Assembly (NCBI GenBank): GCA_964187785.1 | Contig: OZ076409.1 | Coordinates: 76,138,001 to 76,202,000, forward strand | Length of the DNA stretch: 64,000 bases | From: Amphiscolops sp. MND2022 | Taxonomy: Eukaryota | Direction: 5' to 3' | In this document: positions 1 to 14,185 of the stretch, one piece after another | Layout of the letters: every line of letters begins with the position of its first letter | How positions within the stretch are numbered: the first letter of the stretch is position 1 | The notes under the pieces: model-generated | Database searches by the model: none | The model's input: the letters and a program-made list of their open reading frames with translations, nothing else | What the model was told of the DNA's origin: nothing | Program-made: the position numbers and the translations under genes

Positions 1-965
1 GCGCGCCTTGGGTAGGGTCCCTTGCGCGCTCTTGGGTATGGTGTTCACCAGCTAGGAAACAGGGGTCGATTTTTCGGGATCTCGTAAACTAGCCACACGA
101 TTTGGCTGAAATTTGGCACACGTACTCCCCTCGGCACGGTGAAGATGATTTCCTACTGACGTTTTTCCCGCAAAATTTTTTTTGTTGTCCAAAATAACGG
201 TTTTTGGGGTAAAATTTTGAATTTTTTTTAAATTTTATCTTATATCTCGCCACCGGTTTACGCTAGCGCTTCAAAACCCTGCTAAAGAAAGCTTGCAAAC
301 TGTCTCAGGAATGCGGTGTGAAATTTTCAGCTCAATCGGACTTAAACTCGGGGAGATATAGCGTTTTTCCGGAGCGGGGGGGTTTCATTTTTCTAACGGT
401 CCAGCTTATCTTAGCCATTTTTTTCGAAAATGTACTCGCCTAAAGACCTCCCCTGGCCGGTTTTATTCCCAGCAAAACCATTTGGCCCTAAATACGGAGT
501 TTCAGCGTTCCAGCATTCCCGGGCGAAAAGTTGTGGGACTTAGAAAAATTCAAAAATTTTCAAAAAAATTTTTTCCGTTTTCCGCCCTCCCCCCCTAGGG
601 GAAAAGACCCCCCAACCAGTAATTTGAGTGAATTCATGTGGAAAGGCCATGTTTAGACGAAAAAATTGCCGTTTAGAACGTCTTTCTATCTCAACCTGAC
701 ATTGACTTATGAAGCTTTAAAGGTGATGTTTGGACGTGTGAAGCATGTAAAAAAAGGAATTTTTTTGATTTTATTTCATCAGAAAGTCATTGAATCACAC
801 GCTGTGAAGCCCAGAGCGTGGTTTCTAATAGTTTGGTATCGTTTAAACGCATTTTGGTGTCTTTTTACTCTGTTTAAAAAACTTTTCTCCTGAAAATTAA
901 TAAATTTTGATTACTTTTCTTACTTTCCATTAATTTTTTTTCTTATATTTTTACTTGAAACAGTT

Positions 966-1009
966 GAGTACATTCCATCTCCCTTCCCGGGGGAGATGAG
1001 AATGTACTC
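966..1009. other. Family A long bulged hairpin (first copy)
   Basis: GAGTACATTC-CATCTCCC / variable loop / GGGAGATG-A-GAATGTACTC. One copy per standard family A unit, e.g. 5358, 7915, 12837, 22604, 27745. Confidence 0.85.
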
Positions 1010-1216
1010 GCAAAAAGCCGCGAACTACGGCCCATACCTTCCCGAGATACGCAGTATAAAGATAACATAATGGTCCAGACATTTTAATGGAGTTGTATCT
1101 TGGTAATATGTCTGGATTTGCAGAAAAATCAGCACGTGCCCTTTTATACCAAGTTGCTCGCAACGACAATTAATTTAAATCAACGCCCCCCACAAAAATC
1201 AACGCCCCCCGTCCGT

Positions 1217-1236
1217 GGGCATGCCGAGGCATGCCC
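1217..1236. promoter_or_regulatory. GGGCATGCCGAGGCATGCCC palindrome in the unit tail (first of 23 complete copies); p53-family consensus match and/or subterminal hairpin
   Basis: 9-bp inverted repeat about 35-60 nt upstream of CTAG. It matches RRRCWWGYYY x2 at 19/20 positions with zero spacer. Present in 11 family A tails and all 12 family B tails. Confidence 0.6.
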
Positions 1237-1282
1237 TTCGACGACGTGCACCAAAATATGCCCCGAGCGCGTTAGCAGCTAG

Positions 1283-4200
1283 GTGGCCGGGGGATTCCCC
1301 AATCTTCATTTTGAGGCGCGGGGAGGGTCCTGCGCCGAAGTGAAAAATACCTATTAACAACTAGTATAAAAAATGGTCACTTCTGAAGCCGATTTCGAAA
1401 ACTACCCACACGATTCGCCTAAAAATTTGCATGCGGCTCCCAATCGACATTCTAAGAGCAAATCCCTACTACCAATTTCCTGGGAAAATTCATTTTGATG
1501 GTCAAAATCTCTATTTTAGGTTCCAAAAATGGCATTTTTCTGGAAAATTTTTGTCCCAGAGTCGATTATTCGGAACTGGTGCTTCCAGCGCAGTAAAGCC
1601 TAGCTGATTTATTGTTGGGCACTTCATCAGGAGTCCGTATGCAAATTTTCGTCCAAATCGGATAAAAATTGACTGAGTAATAGCCGCAAATCCGACGATT
1701 TTTTCAGAAAATTTTCGTACATCTAGTCTATCTCTGCCGTTTTTTGCCCAGATTTTTTTCCAGGACCTCTCCTAAAGGCCTCCCCTGGCCGGTTTACCTC
1801 CCAGAAAAACCATTTGACCCTTTTGCCGCAGTTTCAGCGTTCCAGGATTCCCCGGGTAAAAAATAAATGACTTAGAATTTTTTCGAAAAATTTTCAAAAA
1901 TTTTTTTTTCAAATTCAGGCCTCCCAAAGGTAAGAAACTTCCACACAACTAGTATTGCAAGTGAATGCATGTGGAAAGTGCTTGAATAGACGAGAAAAAT
2001 GAGCTATTATAAAACTCTCTAGCTTAACCTGACGTTGACTTATGTTGTTTTGAAGGTGAGATTGGGGTGTGTGAATTACTAAATTTCGTCTAAACACCCA
2101 TTTTTCGTGAAGTCGAAATTCAGCTTTTGAAGCACAAATATTCTTTCTGATGCAACCAGTGGGGCACATGATATTCGAAAAGACCAATAGGATTGGTACA
2201 AGTGGCTCCAATATTACATGGGCAGCGATAAGACGTTATTCATAAAAAAAACTTATCAATTCAAGTAAACATATCGGAAGCCTGGGATCACAGTGAAAAA
2301 TGATTTCATCAAAAATTTACTCGTTTTTGTCAATCACTATGTACACAGAACGCGTACGCTGAGTTTCAGCACTAAAATAAGGTTTTTGAAGTAATCGGGC
2401 TGCTCAATTTGTGGCTTTTTATCATTTGACGTTATTTTGTTGCGTTTCTTATGTCTATTTTGCGTTTTTTTCCTCATAACTTTTTTCCAGGACATCATAG
2501 CCATTTTTGTTGCTCCTACGTTGCGTTGCAGCATCTGAAAACACATCTGCTGACAAACTTTGGTTGAAATCGGATCACCCCCCGCCGAGATAGAGGGGTA
2601 CCCCCCTCCGATTTTACCCCACAATTTTGTAAAAATGCCAATTTTGAGCATGAAGCTGTCGATTTAGCGTGTCCGTACCCTGCTGAAAATTTGTCGGGCG
2701 TAAGGCGTTACAGCTGATAACAGGTATGTTTTTTACCTTGTACCCCCCTGAGACCGAAAATGACATTTTTTATGTACTTTCAGACCGGAAATCAACATTT
2801 TTACAGATTCAAGCCACCCAAAGTCAAGAAACGTCCACACAACTAGGATTGCAAGTGAATGCATGTGGAAAGCCCTTGTTTTAGGGAGAAAAATCCCGTT
2901 TAGAACGTCGTTTTATCTTAACCTGACGTTGACTTATGTTGTTTTGAAGGTGCGATTGGGGTACGTGAAGTACCAAATATAGTCTGAAACACCCATTTTT
3001 CGTGAAGTCGATTTTCGAAATTCGGCTTTTGAAGCACAAATAATCATTCTGACGTAACCAGTGGGGCCCATGATACTCGAAAACACGAATGGTACTGGTA
3101 CCAACGGTTCCAATAACATATGAGCAGCGATAAGACATTATTCATAGCAAAATTTCTCAATTGAAGTAAACATCTGGGAAGCCTGGGATCACAATGAAAA
3201 GTGATTTCATCAAATTTGTACTCATTTTCGTCAATCACTTTGTACACAGAATGCATAGTGTGAGTTTTATCACTTGAATGATGTTTTTGAAGAACTTGGG
3301 CTGGTCAAGGTGATGTATGAGACATTTTTTTCATGTATACTACTATATTTCCTAAAACTTTTAACCCATTATCTCAAAACGCTAACTTTGCAAAATACGT
3401 TCAGTTACTTTATTCAACGATTAGAGTATCGGTGAACGGTGTGGTTGATCAGAAACTCTCAGTTCTTTTGTTTTACGAGATAATTCCCTTCCCATGCGTT
3501 ACATTTGTATCAGAAAAAAAGTAGAAGCTAAAAAATACGCTATTTTGCAAAGATAGAATCGCCACGATTGTGTCTAAAAACACTTTAAACACTTCTAACG
3601 CCACCTTACGGACCCAGGATGGTGGAAAATACCATTCACAATGTTGCAATGTGCTCTTTTTACAATCCAGGTTGAACAATTTTTGTATATTTTACAAGTA
3701 GCTGTTAACTGAATCTTGTGATAGCCTTTCAAGTTGGCCTTGTGTCAACTTGGGAAGGCTATCACCACAAAAAAACACTGAACAAAGTCACTTCTCGTTT
3801 ATGTCGTTTATGGGATAATGCTGGCGATAGTCGTTTTCGTGATTCTTTCCTACCGTTATTAGCTTCCATCAAGTCAGCTATCGATTGCATTCAGTCTTGA
3901 TAAAAACCTTATGAATTCGAAGACCTTTTTCTATTTTTTTTTGACGGCAGTACTTATGAAATTTATATTAAATCTAAACATTTAGTACAATAATTTTAGC
4001 TTTCTTTTACCGTTATCAGCCCCATCCACCCCGTACGTTCTCGTACCCCAACACAACAAATTCTCTGAGTCAACGCCACACACTCGCATCAATGCCCACA
4101 GTCCGTAGGCATGCCGAGATGAACGTCATCATTTTTTTGCCAAGATAACAGAATAAGTTAACATTATGTTGTTTCTCACGCGCAAGAGCGAGATTGAAGA

Positions 4201-4398
4201 TCCAAGTCGAAAAAAGATGTTGTCATAACTTTTACACTAATGTGTTCCTAATTTAAACAACAGAACCAATACTGACGCAATCTAATTACCCGACGCCACA
4301 TACCCTCATCAACGCCCACTGTCCGTAGGCATGCCGAGGCATGCCTTTCGACGACGTATGCCAAATACCTTCCAGCGACGCCCGCGCTCCCCGGCTAG
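1283..4398 (+). repeat. Expanded 3.1-kb unit with internal duplication and non-A interior
   Basis: ~1915-2345 is repeated, diverged, at ~2810-3290. The unit carries the B-type hairpin. A truncated tail at ~4070-4118 is followed by a complete tail at ~4290-4398. Confidence 0.8.
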
Positions 4399-7300
4399 GT
4401 GGCCGGGAATTTTTTTTCTGCTCAAATCTTTGCCGCTGGGGGAGGGGCCCCTTGCGGCTGCTGTTCGGTTTTACTACCTACCAAAACCTGCTTTTTTTTT
4501 CACGATCTCGAGAACCACCCGTACGATTTTCCTGAAAATTTGCATACAGGCTTAGAATCAAATCCTAAGAACTATTTCCTACTGGCGTTTTTCCGAATTT
4601 TTTCAAAAAGTTGGTCAAAAACGCAACAAAAGTTGCCAATGGACATAAAAAACGCAACTTTTCGACTTTTAGGGCTCATAACTTTTTCCAGAGTGCCCGG
4701 AGCGACCCGTGTGCATCGGACACTTTTGTTCAGCATTCTAGGAAGAGTGCGTGGGCAAATTTTTGTTTAAATCGGACAAAAATTGACTGAGAAATTAACG
4801 CAAATTTTGGTGCATTTTTTGCGAAGACTAGTCTATCTCTGCCATTTTCGCCCAAAACTTTTCCCAGAGCCTTTACAGGAGGCAACCCCTGCCCAAATTT
4901 CTGCCGAGCAAACCCATTTGGCCCTAAATACGAGGTTTCAGCGTTCTAGCATTTCCGGGCAAAAAGTTGTGGGACTTAGAAATTTTTCAAAAAAATGCAA
5001 AAATTGTAAAAAGTAACTTCCGGCGTCCCAAAGTCAAGAAACTTTCACACAACTAGTATTGCAAGTGAATGCATGTGGAAAGTACTTGGATAGACGAGAA
5101 AAATGAGCTATAGAACGACTCTCTAGCTTAATCTGACGTTGACTTATGACATTTTGAGTGTTAGCATCCTATAGGATTTTAATGTCAAAAATGAGATTTT
5201 GTAAGTCATGTCTCATCAAAAACTCGTCGGAATACGTTCAATCATCCCCATAGCTGTTCAATTACTGTGACTTAGTAGAGCAACGCCATTTAATGTCCTT
5301 GGACCCATTTTGAAAATTTTCGTTATCGTCTTATTCGTCCGATATCCCGAAACATTTGAGTACATTCCATCTCTCCCTTAAGGGGGAGATGAGAATGTAC
5401 TCGCCAAACACCTGACACAATGGCCCATATTGGTTTTTATTTGACCTTTCTCACGATTTTACACACGGATAGCTGTGTTTGGTAAAAGTTTTCCATTGCA
5501 CCATGTCTCCAGAAGCTAAACCACTTCTTTAGCCTACTACTTCTACTCAAACATCACTAACGTCAACGCCACATACTCGCATCAACGCCCACCGTCCGTG
5601 GGCATGCCGAGGCATGCCCTTCGACGACGTATGCCAAATAGCGCCACCTGGCGCCCCCAATTTCCGCTAGGTGGCCGGGAATTTTTTTTTCCACATAAAT
5701 CTTTGCCACTGGGGTAGGGGCCCCGAGTGGCTGTTGTTCGGTTTACTTCCCATAGGATTTGCCCGCTGCGGAGACGATCTCAGAAACTAGCCATACGATT
5801 TGGCTCAAACTTGGCACAGAGCCTCCTTGAAAGATTATAAGAACTTTTTCCTAGTGGCGTTTTTCGATTGAAATATTTTATGTTGACCAAAATTGCGTTC
5901 AAAGTGTCCATTGTTGCGTAATTTTTGTCTTTTTCAACTTTGATGGTCCATAACTTTTTTTGAGAAGCCCGGAGCGGGTCGCACGTGGACAACAATATTG
6001 CTCAGCATTAGAAGAGGAGTGTGTGGACAAATTGTCGTCCAGATCGGATGAAAATTGGTTGAGTAATAGCCGGAAGTTTGGCGCATTCCGTCGACTTTTT
6101 CCGAAAACCAAGTCTATCTCTGCCGTTTTTTGCCCAGATTTTTTTCCAGGTCTTCGTCTAAAGGCCTCCCCTGGCCGGTTTACCTCCCAGCAAAACCATT
6201 TGGCCCTAAATACGGAGTTTCAGCATTCCAGCATTCCCCGGGTAAAAGATAAATGACTTAGAATTTTTTCAAAAAATTATCAAAATTTTTTTTTTCAATT
6301 TCAGGCCTCCCAAAGTCAAGAAACTTTCACACAACTAGTATTGCAAGTGAATGCAGGTGGAAAGCACTTGAATAGACGAGAAAAATGAGCTATTATAAAA
6401 CTCTGTAGCTTAACCTGACGTTGACTTATGACAAATTTAGTGTGAACTTCCTATGTGCTAAAAAATCAAAAAACGTAAAAGTCTCTTTGAAAACTAATCG
6501 GAATACGTCCAGTCAACCCCAGAGCTGTTAAATTGCCGTTGTCTAGTGCAGCAACACCATTTAGAGTCTTCTGACCCGTTTTGATACCGTTTTGATACCG
6601 TCTTATTCATCCGATAGCACAAAACTGTTGCGTACATTCCATCTCCCCCTTTGTGGGGGAGATGAGAATGTACCCTCTAAATGACACGCACAATGGCCCA
6701 ATTTTATTTTTATACAACGTTTTCTAGGCTGCCGCGCAAGCCCACTAATATTTAGACTGGTTTCTTTCTCTTTCACTCCAAACTTTCCATGCTAACCACC
6801 TTACACACCACCAGCTCAACGTTACTTCTGTAACGTCAACGCCACATACTCGCATCAACGCCCACCGTCTGTGGGCATGCCGAGGCATGCCCTTCGACGA
6901 CGTATGCCAAATAGCGCCACAGGGCGCCCCCAATTTCCGCTAGGTGGCCGTGTCTTTTCGACGTGCTTTTGCATTGAGGAGTGGGTAGGGCCCCGCGACG
7001 ACCTAGAAGAATTGGATGCTCACCGAAACGTGCAGAATTCTACGAGATCTCATAGTTTGAGCCATACGATTTTTCTGAAATTTGGCATGTGGCCTGGAAT
7101 TGGTGAGTAGGTAAAACGTGTAGGAGGTGATTTTTCCCAAATTCCACTGTGAGACGAGATATGGGCAAATAACGGTCCCAAAAATGGCAAAAATGCACTT
7201 TTTTCAACTTTGTCAGCCCATATCTCGTTCCCAGGTGCCCGGAGCGGGACGCGTTAAGCTGATTATAAACTCTAGGGTGTTGAGGCTGTACGGTGAACTT

Positions 7301-8212
7301 GGGCCCGTTCCGATCGGACTTGTAGTCTTGGAGAAATAACGGTATTTTTGGGGAACCTTTTCTAACGGTCCAGCTTATCTTTGCCATTTTTTCGAAAATG
7401 TACTCGCCTAAAGGCCTCCCCCTGGCCGAATTTACTCCCAGCAAAACCATTTGGCCCTAAATACGGAGTTTCAGCGTTCCAGCATTCCCGGGCGAAAAGT
7501 TCTGGGACTTGGAAAATTTTCAAAAATTTTCAAAAATTTTTTTTTTCGTTTTCCGGGCCCCCAATGAAGGGGAAACGACCCCCCAACCAGTATTTTGAGT
7601 TAATTCATGTGGAAAGCCCTTGTTTTGACGAGAAAAATACCGTTTAGAACATCTTTTTATCTTGACTCAACGTTGACTTATGACGTTTTGAATGTGATGT
7701 AAGGATGTAGGAGGCATGTGATAAGTTGATGTTTTGAGTCTTTATCTCATATGAAAGCGGTTGAGATGCAAGCTGTCCTGCTCAAAACGTCTTTCGTTGT
7801 AATTTTCCAGTGCACCAATACCCTTTGGTGTCATATAAACATACTTTTTGTCGATATATTAACAATTTTAATGTATTTATTCCAATTTTTATTATCTTAT
7901 AACTCAAAACAGTTGAGTACATTTCATCTCCCTTTCGGGGGAGATGAGAATGTACTCGCTAAAGACCTAGCGCCATGACCAAAAGTTTGAAACCTACGTT
8001 TTTTATCTTCTTACAGACTTGTTTTTGTATTTTTTCGGAATTTTTTAAAAATTAATATACTTGAAATACATTACTTGACTTTACTACTACAACCCACCTC
8101 CAACGACAACGCCCCCCTGCTTGCATCAACGCCCACCGTCCGTGGGCATGCCGAGGCATGCCCTTCGACGACGTATGCCAAATGCCCAGTGCCACGCAGT
8201 CATTATCGCTAG

Positions 8213-10593
8213 GTGGTCGGGGCGCTCTCCCAACCTCTTCCGCCGCCTCGGGGAGGGTCCTGATTGGCGGCACCCCTTATGGAAAACTTACTGTTAGAAA
8301 CGCACCAGTGTAATGCTGATTTCGAAAACCACCCGTACGATTTTGCTCAAATTTTGCATGTAGCTCCCAAATTCCAATACAAGAACTAATTCCTACTGCC
8401 ATTTTTCCGGGAAAACTCAAAAAGTTGGTCAAAAATGACATTTTCTGAGTGAAAAATGGCCATTTTTTGACTTTTTTATTTTTGATCGGCTATAACTTTT
8501 TCCAGGGTGCTCGGATCGAAAAAAGTTTGTATAGGTAAAGTTGTTTGGCACTTCGCGTAGAACTCGTAGACAAATTTTGGTTGAGATCGGATGAAAATTG
8601 ACTGAGAAATAACCGAAAAACCATCGATTTTTTGAAAAAAATTTTGACACACTAGTATGACTCTGCCGTTTTTCGGCCAAAGTTCTTTCTAGAACCTCGT
8701 CTAAAGTCCTCCCCTGGCTGAATTACCTCCCAGCAAAACCATTTGGCCCATTTGCCGAAGTTTCAGCGTTCCAGCATTCCCCGGGTAAAAGATAAATGAC
8801 TTAGAATTTTTACAAAAAAATTTCAAAAAAAAATAATTTTTTCTTCAAGCTTCCCAAAGTCAGGGAACTTCCACACAACTAGTATTGCAAGTGAATGCAT
8901 GTGGAAAGTGCTTGAATAGACGAGAAAAATGAGCTATAGAACGACTCTGTAGCTTAACCTGACGTTGACTTATGACAATTTGAGTACGTGCTTGCTATGT
9001 GGTGAAATTGAGAAACAACCTAAAATGAAAGCTAAGTCTGATCTAAAACTTACCGAATTGCTTTTATTCAGCCCCAAAGCTGTTCAATTGCCGCTATGTA
9101 GTGCAGCAACACTATCCAAGGCTTTTTAGGACGTTTTTAAGATGTCATTATGTTCTTTTTGGACAGTTTTTTTTGTACAAATAGGACTTTATTTTTCGGG
9201 ACCTAACACTTTTTGCCAAAAAAGTCAAACTTCGTCCACACAACTTAGATTGCAAGTGAATGCATGCGGAGAGTGCATGAAGTGATGAGGAAAATGAGCT
9301 ATAGAACGCCCGTTTCCGACAACTTGACATGGACTTATAAGAGTTTGAAAAATCACAAAAAAAATGAACAACAATTCACTAACAGCGAGTTTGTAGTAAA
9401 TGGCCCATATTTCCATACACAAGATTCTCAGCACAATTCTATACCTTTTCGTTTTTGTTGTCCGTGATTGTGCAACAAATAAGTATTGGTAAAAGTTTCT
9501 GTAAAACATCGCCGGAAAGAGAAAAATGCGGAGTTTATGAGTAATTTTGTTTGAAAAATGACAAAATAGTCTATCTCTGCCGTTTCAGCACAAATTTTTT
9601 AAAAAAAGACGCCCAGTAGGTAACCCATGGGCTAATTTCGTCTCAACAAAACGGTTGGGGTCATTTGCCGCAGTTTTAGCTTTATAGCATTCTCCGGGTA
9701 AAAGTTGTTGAACTTAGAAAATTTTTGAAATTTTTTCAAATTTTTTTTTTTAACTTCAGGCGGCCCAAAGTCAAGAAACTTCCACACAACTAGGATTGCA
9801 AGTAGATGCATGTGGAAAGCCCAGTAATTGGGGAGAAAAATGCCGTTTAGAACGTCTCTTTATCGTAACTTGATGTTGACTTATGATTCTTTAAATGGGA
9901 GCTTGATTTGAGGTTAAGAAGTCAAAGTGTGTAAATGGAACGTAAGTCTGGTCAAAAACTCATTGGAATACATGCAATGAACCTCAACTTATCCTCAATT
10001 ACAGTTGTCTAGTGCAAAGGTCTTTCAAAGTTGTTTAACTTCTTTTGATAAGTGTTGATGGTATAAACCATCAGTTATAGAGAAACACGTAAGTACATTC
10101 TCATCTCTCCCCATCGGGGGAGATGAGAATGTACTCACCAAAGGTCAAAACTACTAAATGCCTTTTTTCTGTACCATTTTATGTCACTGTCGAAACAAAC
10201 ATAAACAAATTAGTTTCCGACTCCTCCTTGGGGTTTTGGTTTGACTTCTGTAAAAAAAAGGGTACGAGGACTTGGAGATCTTTTAAGTGTTCCAAAAGAG
10301 ACCTCCTATTTCACACCGTGGAAAACTTGAAGACATTTGTCATGAAATCACCTACTAGGCTTCTCTCTGAGTACGCAAGTTCAATAAGTAACACATTTTA
10401 TCTTCCATATTTGCTCCGATGACCAGGATTGGAAACTAAATTAACCCAAGGTACTTAGCCAAAACGAGCAATACCAACTTTTGATTGAAAACCTCATCAC
10501 AGTTTTTCTTTGAAAATTACCTTCATTGACTTCTCAATTTATCAACTCAATCTCCTTAAGCGGCCCTATTTTGACACAAGCCTGCAGCGCTAG
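8213..10593 (+). repeat. Composite 2.4-kb unit with extra headless, diverged core copies
   Basis: Core blocks recur at ~9220-9345 and ~9565-9890 without a CTAGGTG junction. A single long hairpin lies at ~10092-10137. Confidence 0.75.
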
Positions 10594-13500
10594 GTGGCCG
10601 GGAATTTTTTTTTCAGCAAAATCTTTGCCGCTGGGGGAGGGGCCCCGGGCGGCTGTTAACCGGAATTCATACTATGCAAAACCTATCACAATTCTCAGAT
10701 CTCAGGATCCAGCCTGTAGGATTCGCTCAAATTTGGCACAGAGCCTCCTTGAAAGATTATAAGAACTTTTTCCTAGTGGCGTTTTTCGATTGAAATATTT
10801 TATGTTGACCAAAATTGCGTTTAAAATGCCCATTGTTGCGTTTTTATTGTCTTTTTCGAATTTGACGGTCCATAACTTTTTTTGAGGTGCTCGGAGCGGG
10901 TCGCACGTGGAGAACAATAGTACTCAGCACTAAAAGGGGAGTGCGTGAACAAAATTTCGTCCAAATCGGATGAAAATTGGATGAGTAATAGCCGGAAATT
11001 TGGCGCATTTTGTCGACTTTTTTCGAAAACCCAGTCTATCTCTGCCGTTTTTTGCCCAGATTTTTTTCCAGGTCCTCGCCTAAAGGCCTCCCCTGGCCGG
11101 TTTACATCCCAAAAAAGCCATTTGGCCCTTTTGCCGCAGTTTCAGCGTTCCAGCGTTTCCCGAATAAAAGATAAATGACTTAGAATTTTTTCAAAAATTG
11201 TTCAAAAATTTTTTTTTCAATTTCAGGCCTCCCAAAGTCAAGAAACTTCTACACAACTAGTATTGCAAGTGAATGCATGTGGAAAGTGCTTGAATAGACG
11301 AGGAAAATGAGCTATTATAAAACTCTGTAGCTTAACCTGACGTTGACTTATGACATTTTTAGTGTGAGCTTCCTATGTGCTAAAAAATCAAAAAAACGTA
11401 AGTCTCTTTGAAAACAAATCGGAATACGTCCAGTCAACCCCAGAGCTGGTAAATTGCCGTTGTCTAGTGCAGCAACGCCATTTAGAGTCTTTTGACCCAC
11501 TTTGATACCGTTTTGATACCGTCTTATTCATCCGATAGCACAAAACTGTTGCGTACATTCCATCTCCCCCTTTATGGGGGAGATGAGAATGTACCCGCTA
11601 AATGACACGCACAATGGCGCAATTTTATTTTTATACAATGTTTTCTAGGGTTTCGCGCAAGCCCACTAATATTTAGACTGGTTTTTTCCTCTTTCACTCC
11701 AAACTTTCCCTACTAACCACCTTACACACCATCAGCTCAACGTTACTTCTGTAACGTCAACGCCACATACTCGCATCAACGCCCACCGTCCGTGGGCATG
11801 CCGAGGCATGCCCTTCGACGACGTATGCCCATTAGCGCCACAGGGCGCCCAATTTTTTCTAGGTGCCGGGATTTCTATTCGATAAAGTATGTGGCGCGTG
11901 TGGGTAGGGTCCCTGGCGCGCTCTTGGGTATGGTGTTCACCAGCTAGGAAATAGGGGTCGATTTTTCGGGATCTCCTAAACTAGCCACACGATTTGGCTG
12001 AAATTTGGCACACGTACTCCCCTCGGCACGGTGAAGATGATTTCCTACTGACGTTTTTCACGCAAAATTTTTTTTGTTGTCCAAAATAACGGTTTTTGGG
12101 GTAAAATTTTGAATTTTTTTTAAATTTTATCTTATATCTCGCCACCGGTTTACGCTAGCGCTTCAAAACCCTGCTAAAGAAAGCTTGCAAACTGTCTCAG
12201 GAATGCGTTGTGAAATTTTCAGCTCAATCGGACTTAAACTCGGGGAGATATAGCGTTTTTCCGGAGCGGGGGGGTTTCATTTTTCTAACGGTCCAGCTTA
12301 TCTTTGCCATTTTTTCGAAAATGCACTCGCCTAAAGGCCTCCCCTGGCCAGTTTTATTCCCAGCAAAACCATTTGGCCCTAAATACGGAGTTTCAGCGTT
12401 CCAGCATTCCCGGGCGAAAAGTTGTGGGACTTAGAAAAGTTCAAAAATTTTCAAAAAATTTTTTTTCCGTTTTCCGCCCTCCCCCCCTAGGGGAAAAGAC
12501 CCCCCAACCAGTAATTTGAGTGAATTCATGTGGAAAGGCCATGTTTAGAGGAGAAAAATGCCGTTTAGAACGTCTTTTTATCTTGGCTCAACGTTGACTT
12601 ATGACGTTTTGAATGTGATGTTTGGAAGGTGTGAAGCACGTGAAAAGTAAACGTTATGAGTAATTATCTGATCTGAAAGCCATTGAGATGCAACCTGTTT
12701 TGCTCAAAACATAATTCATATCCGTTTAGTAGTCAATCAACACCCTTTGTTGTCGTTTGACATCTTTTTTTGTTGATATAAGAAAAAATTTTGTGTATTT
12801 ATTCATTTTTTTCTCATCAAATAACTTGAAACAGTTGAGTACATTCCATCCCCCCTTCACGGGGGAGATGAGAATGTACTCGCAAAAAGCCTCAAACAAC
12901 GGCCCTTACCTTCCTGAGCTACGCAGTATAAAGATTGCATATTGGTTCCGACATTTTGATAGAGTTATATCTTGGTAATCTGTCTGGATATGCAGAAAAA
13001 CCAGCACGTGCTTTTTTATACCAAGTTGCTCACAACGACATTTATTTTATATCAACGCCCCCATATTTATCAACGCCCCCCGTCCGTGGGCATGCCGAGG
13101 CATGCCCTTCGACGACGTATACCAAGATATGTTCGAGCGCGTTAGCCTAGGTGCCAATCCCCCCCGGGATGCCACAACTTCGAGGGCGGGGTAGGGCCCC
13201 CTGCCCGAGTCCAAATCCAACGGCGCTAAACTTCGCGCCTATAACGTAAGGCGTTTTCCATTTCTAGAGGCGATCTCGAAAACGGCCCTATAGAATTGGC
13301 TCAAAATTTGCATACGGCTTCCTCTAGCGATTCTAAGAACTTTTCCCTACTACCGTTTTGCCCAAAAAAATTTTTTTGTTGACTTATAGACAATTTTAGG
13401 TGCCGAAAATGGCGTTTTTTCGAAAAATTTTTTTTCAAGAGCCCATATCTCGCTCCCAGGTGCTCGGAGCGGGTCGCATGTGGACGTCGATATTGCTAGG

Positions 13501-13980
13501 CACTTCGTAAGGAGTCCGTAGACAAATTTTCGTACAGATCGGATGAAAATTGACTTAGTAATAAAAAACTTTGATTTGCATTTTTTCGAAAATTTATGAA
13601 ATCCCAGTGTATCTCTGCCGTTTTTTGCCCAGATTTTTTCCAGGACCTCTCCTAAAGACCTCCCCTGGCCGGTTTACCTCCCAGAAAAACCATTTGGCCC
13701 TTTTGCCGCAGTTTCAGCGTTCCAGAATTCCCCGGGTAAAAGTAAAATGACTTAGAATTTTTTCGAAAAATTTTCAAAAAATTTTTTTTCAACTTCAAGC
13801 CTCCCAAAGTCAAGAAACTTCCACACAACTAATATTGCAAGTGGATGCATGTGGAAAGTGCTCGAATAGACGAGAAAAATGAGCTATTATAAAAGTCTGT
13901 AGCTTAACCTGACGTTGACTTATGACAATTTTGAGTATAAGTGAATTTTAAATTCATGGTATTTCTAACTAATTTTTTTT

Positions 13981-14167
13981 CTTTTTCCAGGTGTCGGAGT
14001 TAACTTTTCTGCGTACAGGTAATGTTTAGTTACAGGTTACGTCTGGTAAGTTTGCGGTAGGGTTGTGAGCAGCGAATTATGTTTGAATGAATTTCCAGTT
14101 ATCCTTAATCTTTGTCATGAAGCGATGCCTTTCTCTGGTGATGTCTAACACAACAGCGTTTTTTAAG
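13981..14167 (+). other. Putative spliced 5' UTR of the Rep gene
   Basis: Polypyrimidine tract plus acceptor ctttttccag| at 13990, candidate donors cag|gtaatg (14019) and ctg|gtaagt (14046), and candidate acceptor ttttaag| at 14167 upstream of ATG 14186. Confidence 0.45.
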
Positions 14168-14185
14168 ATTTGATTTGCATTGATT

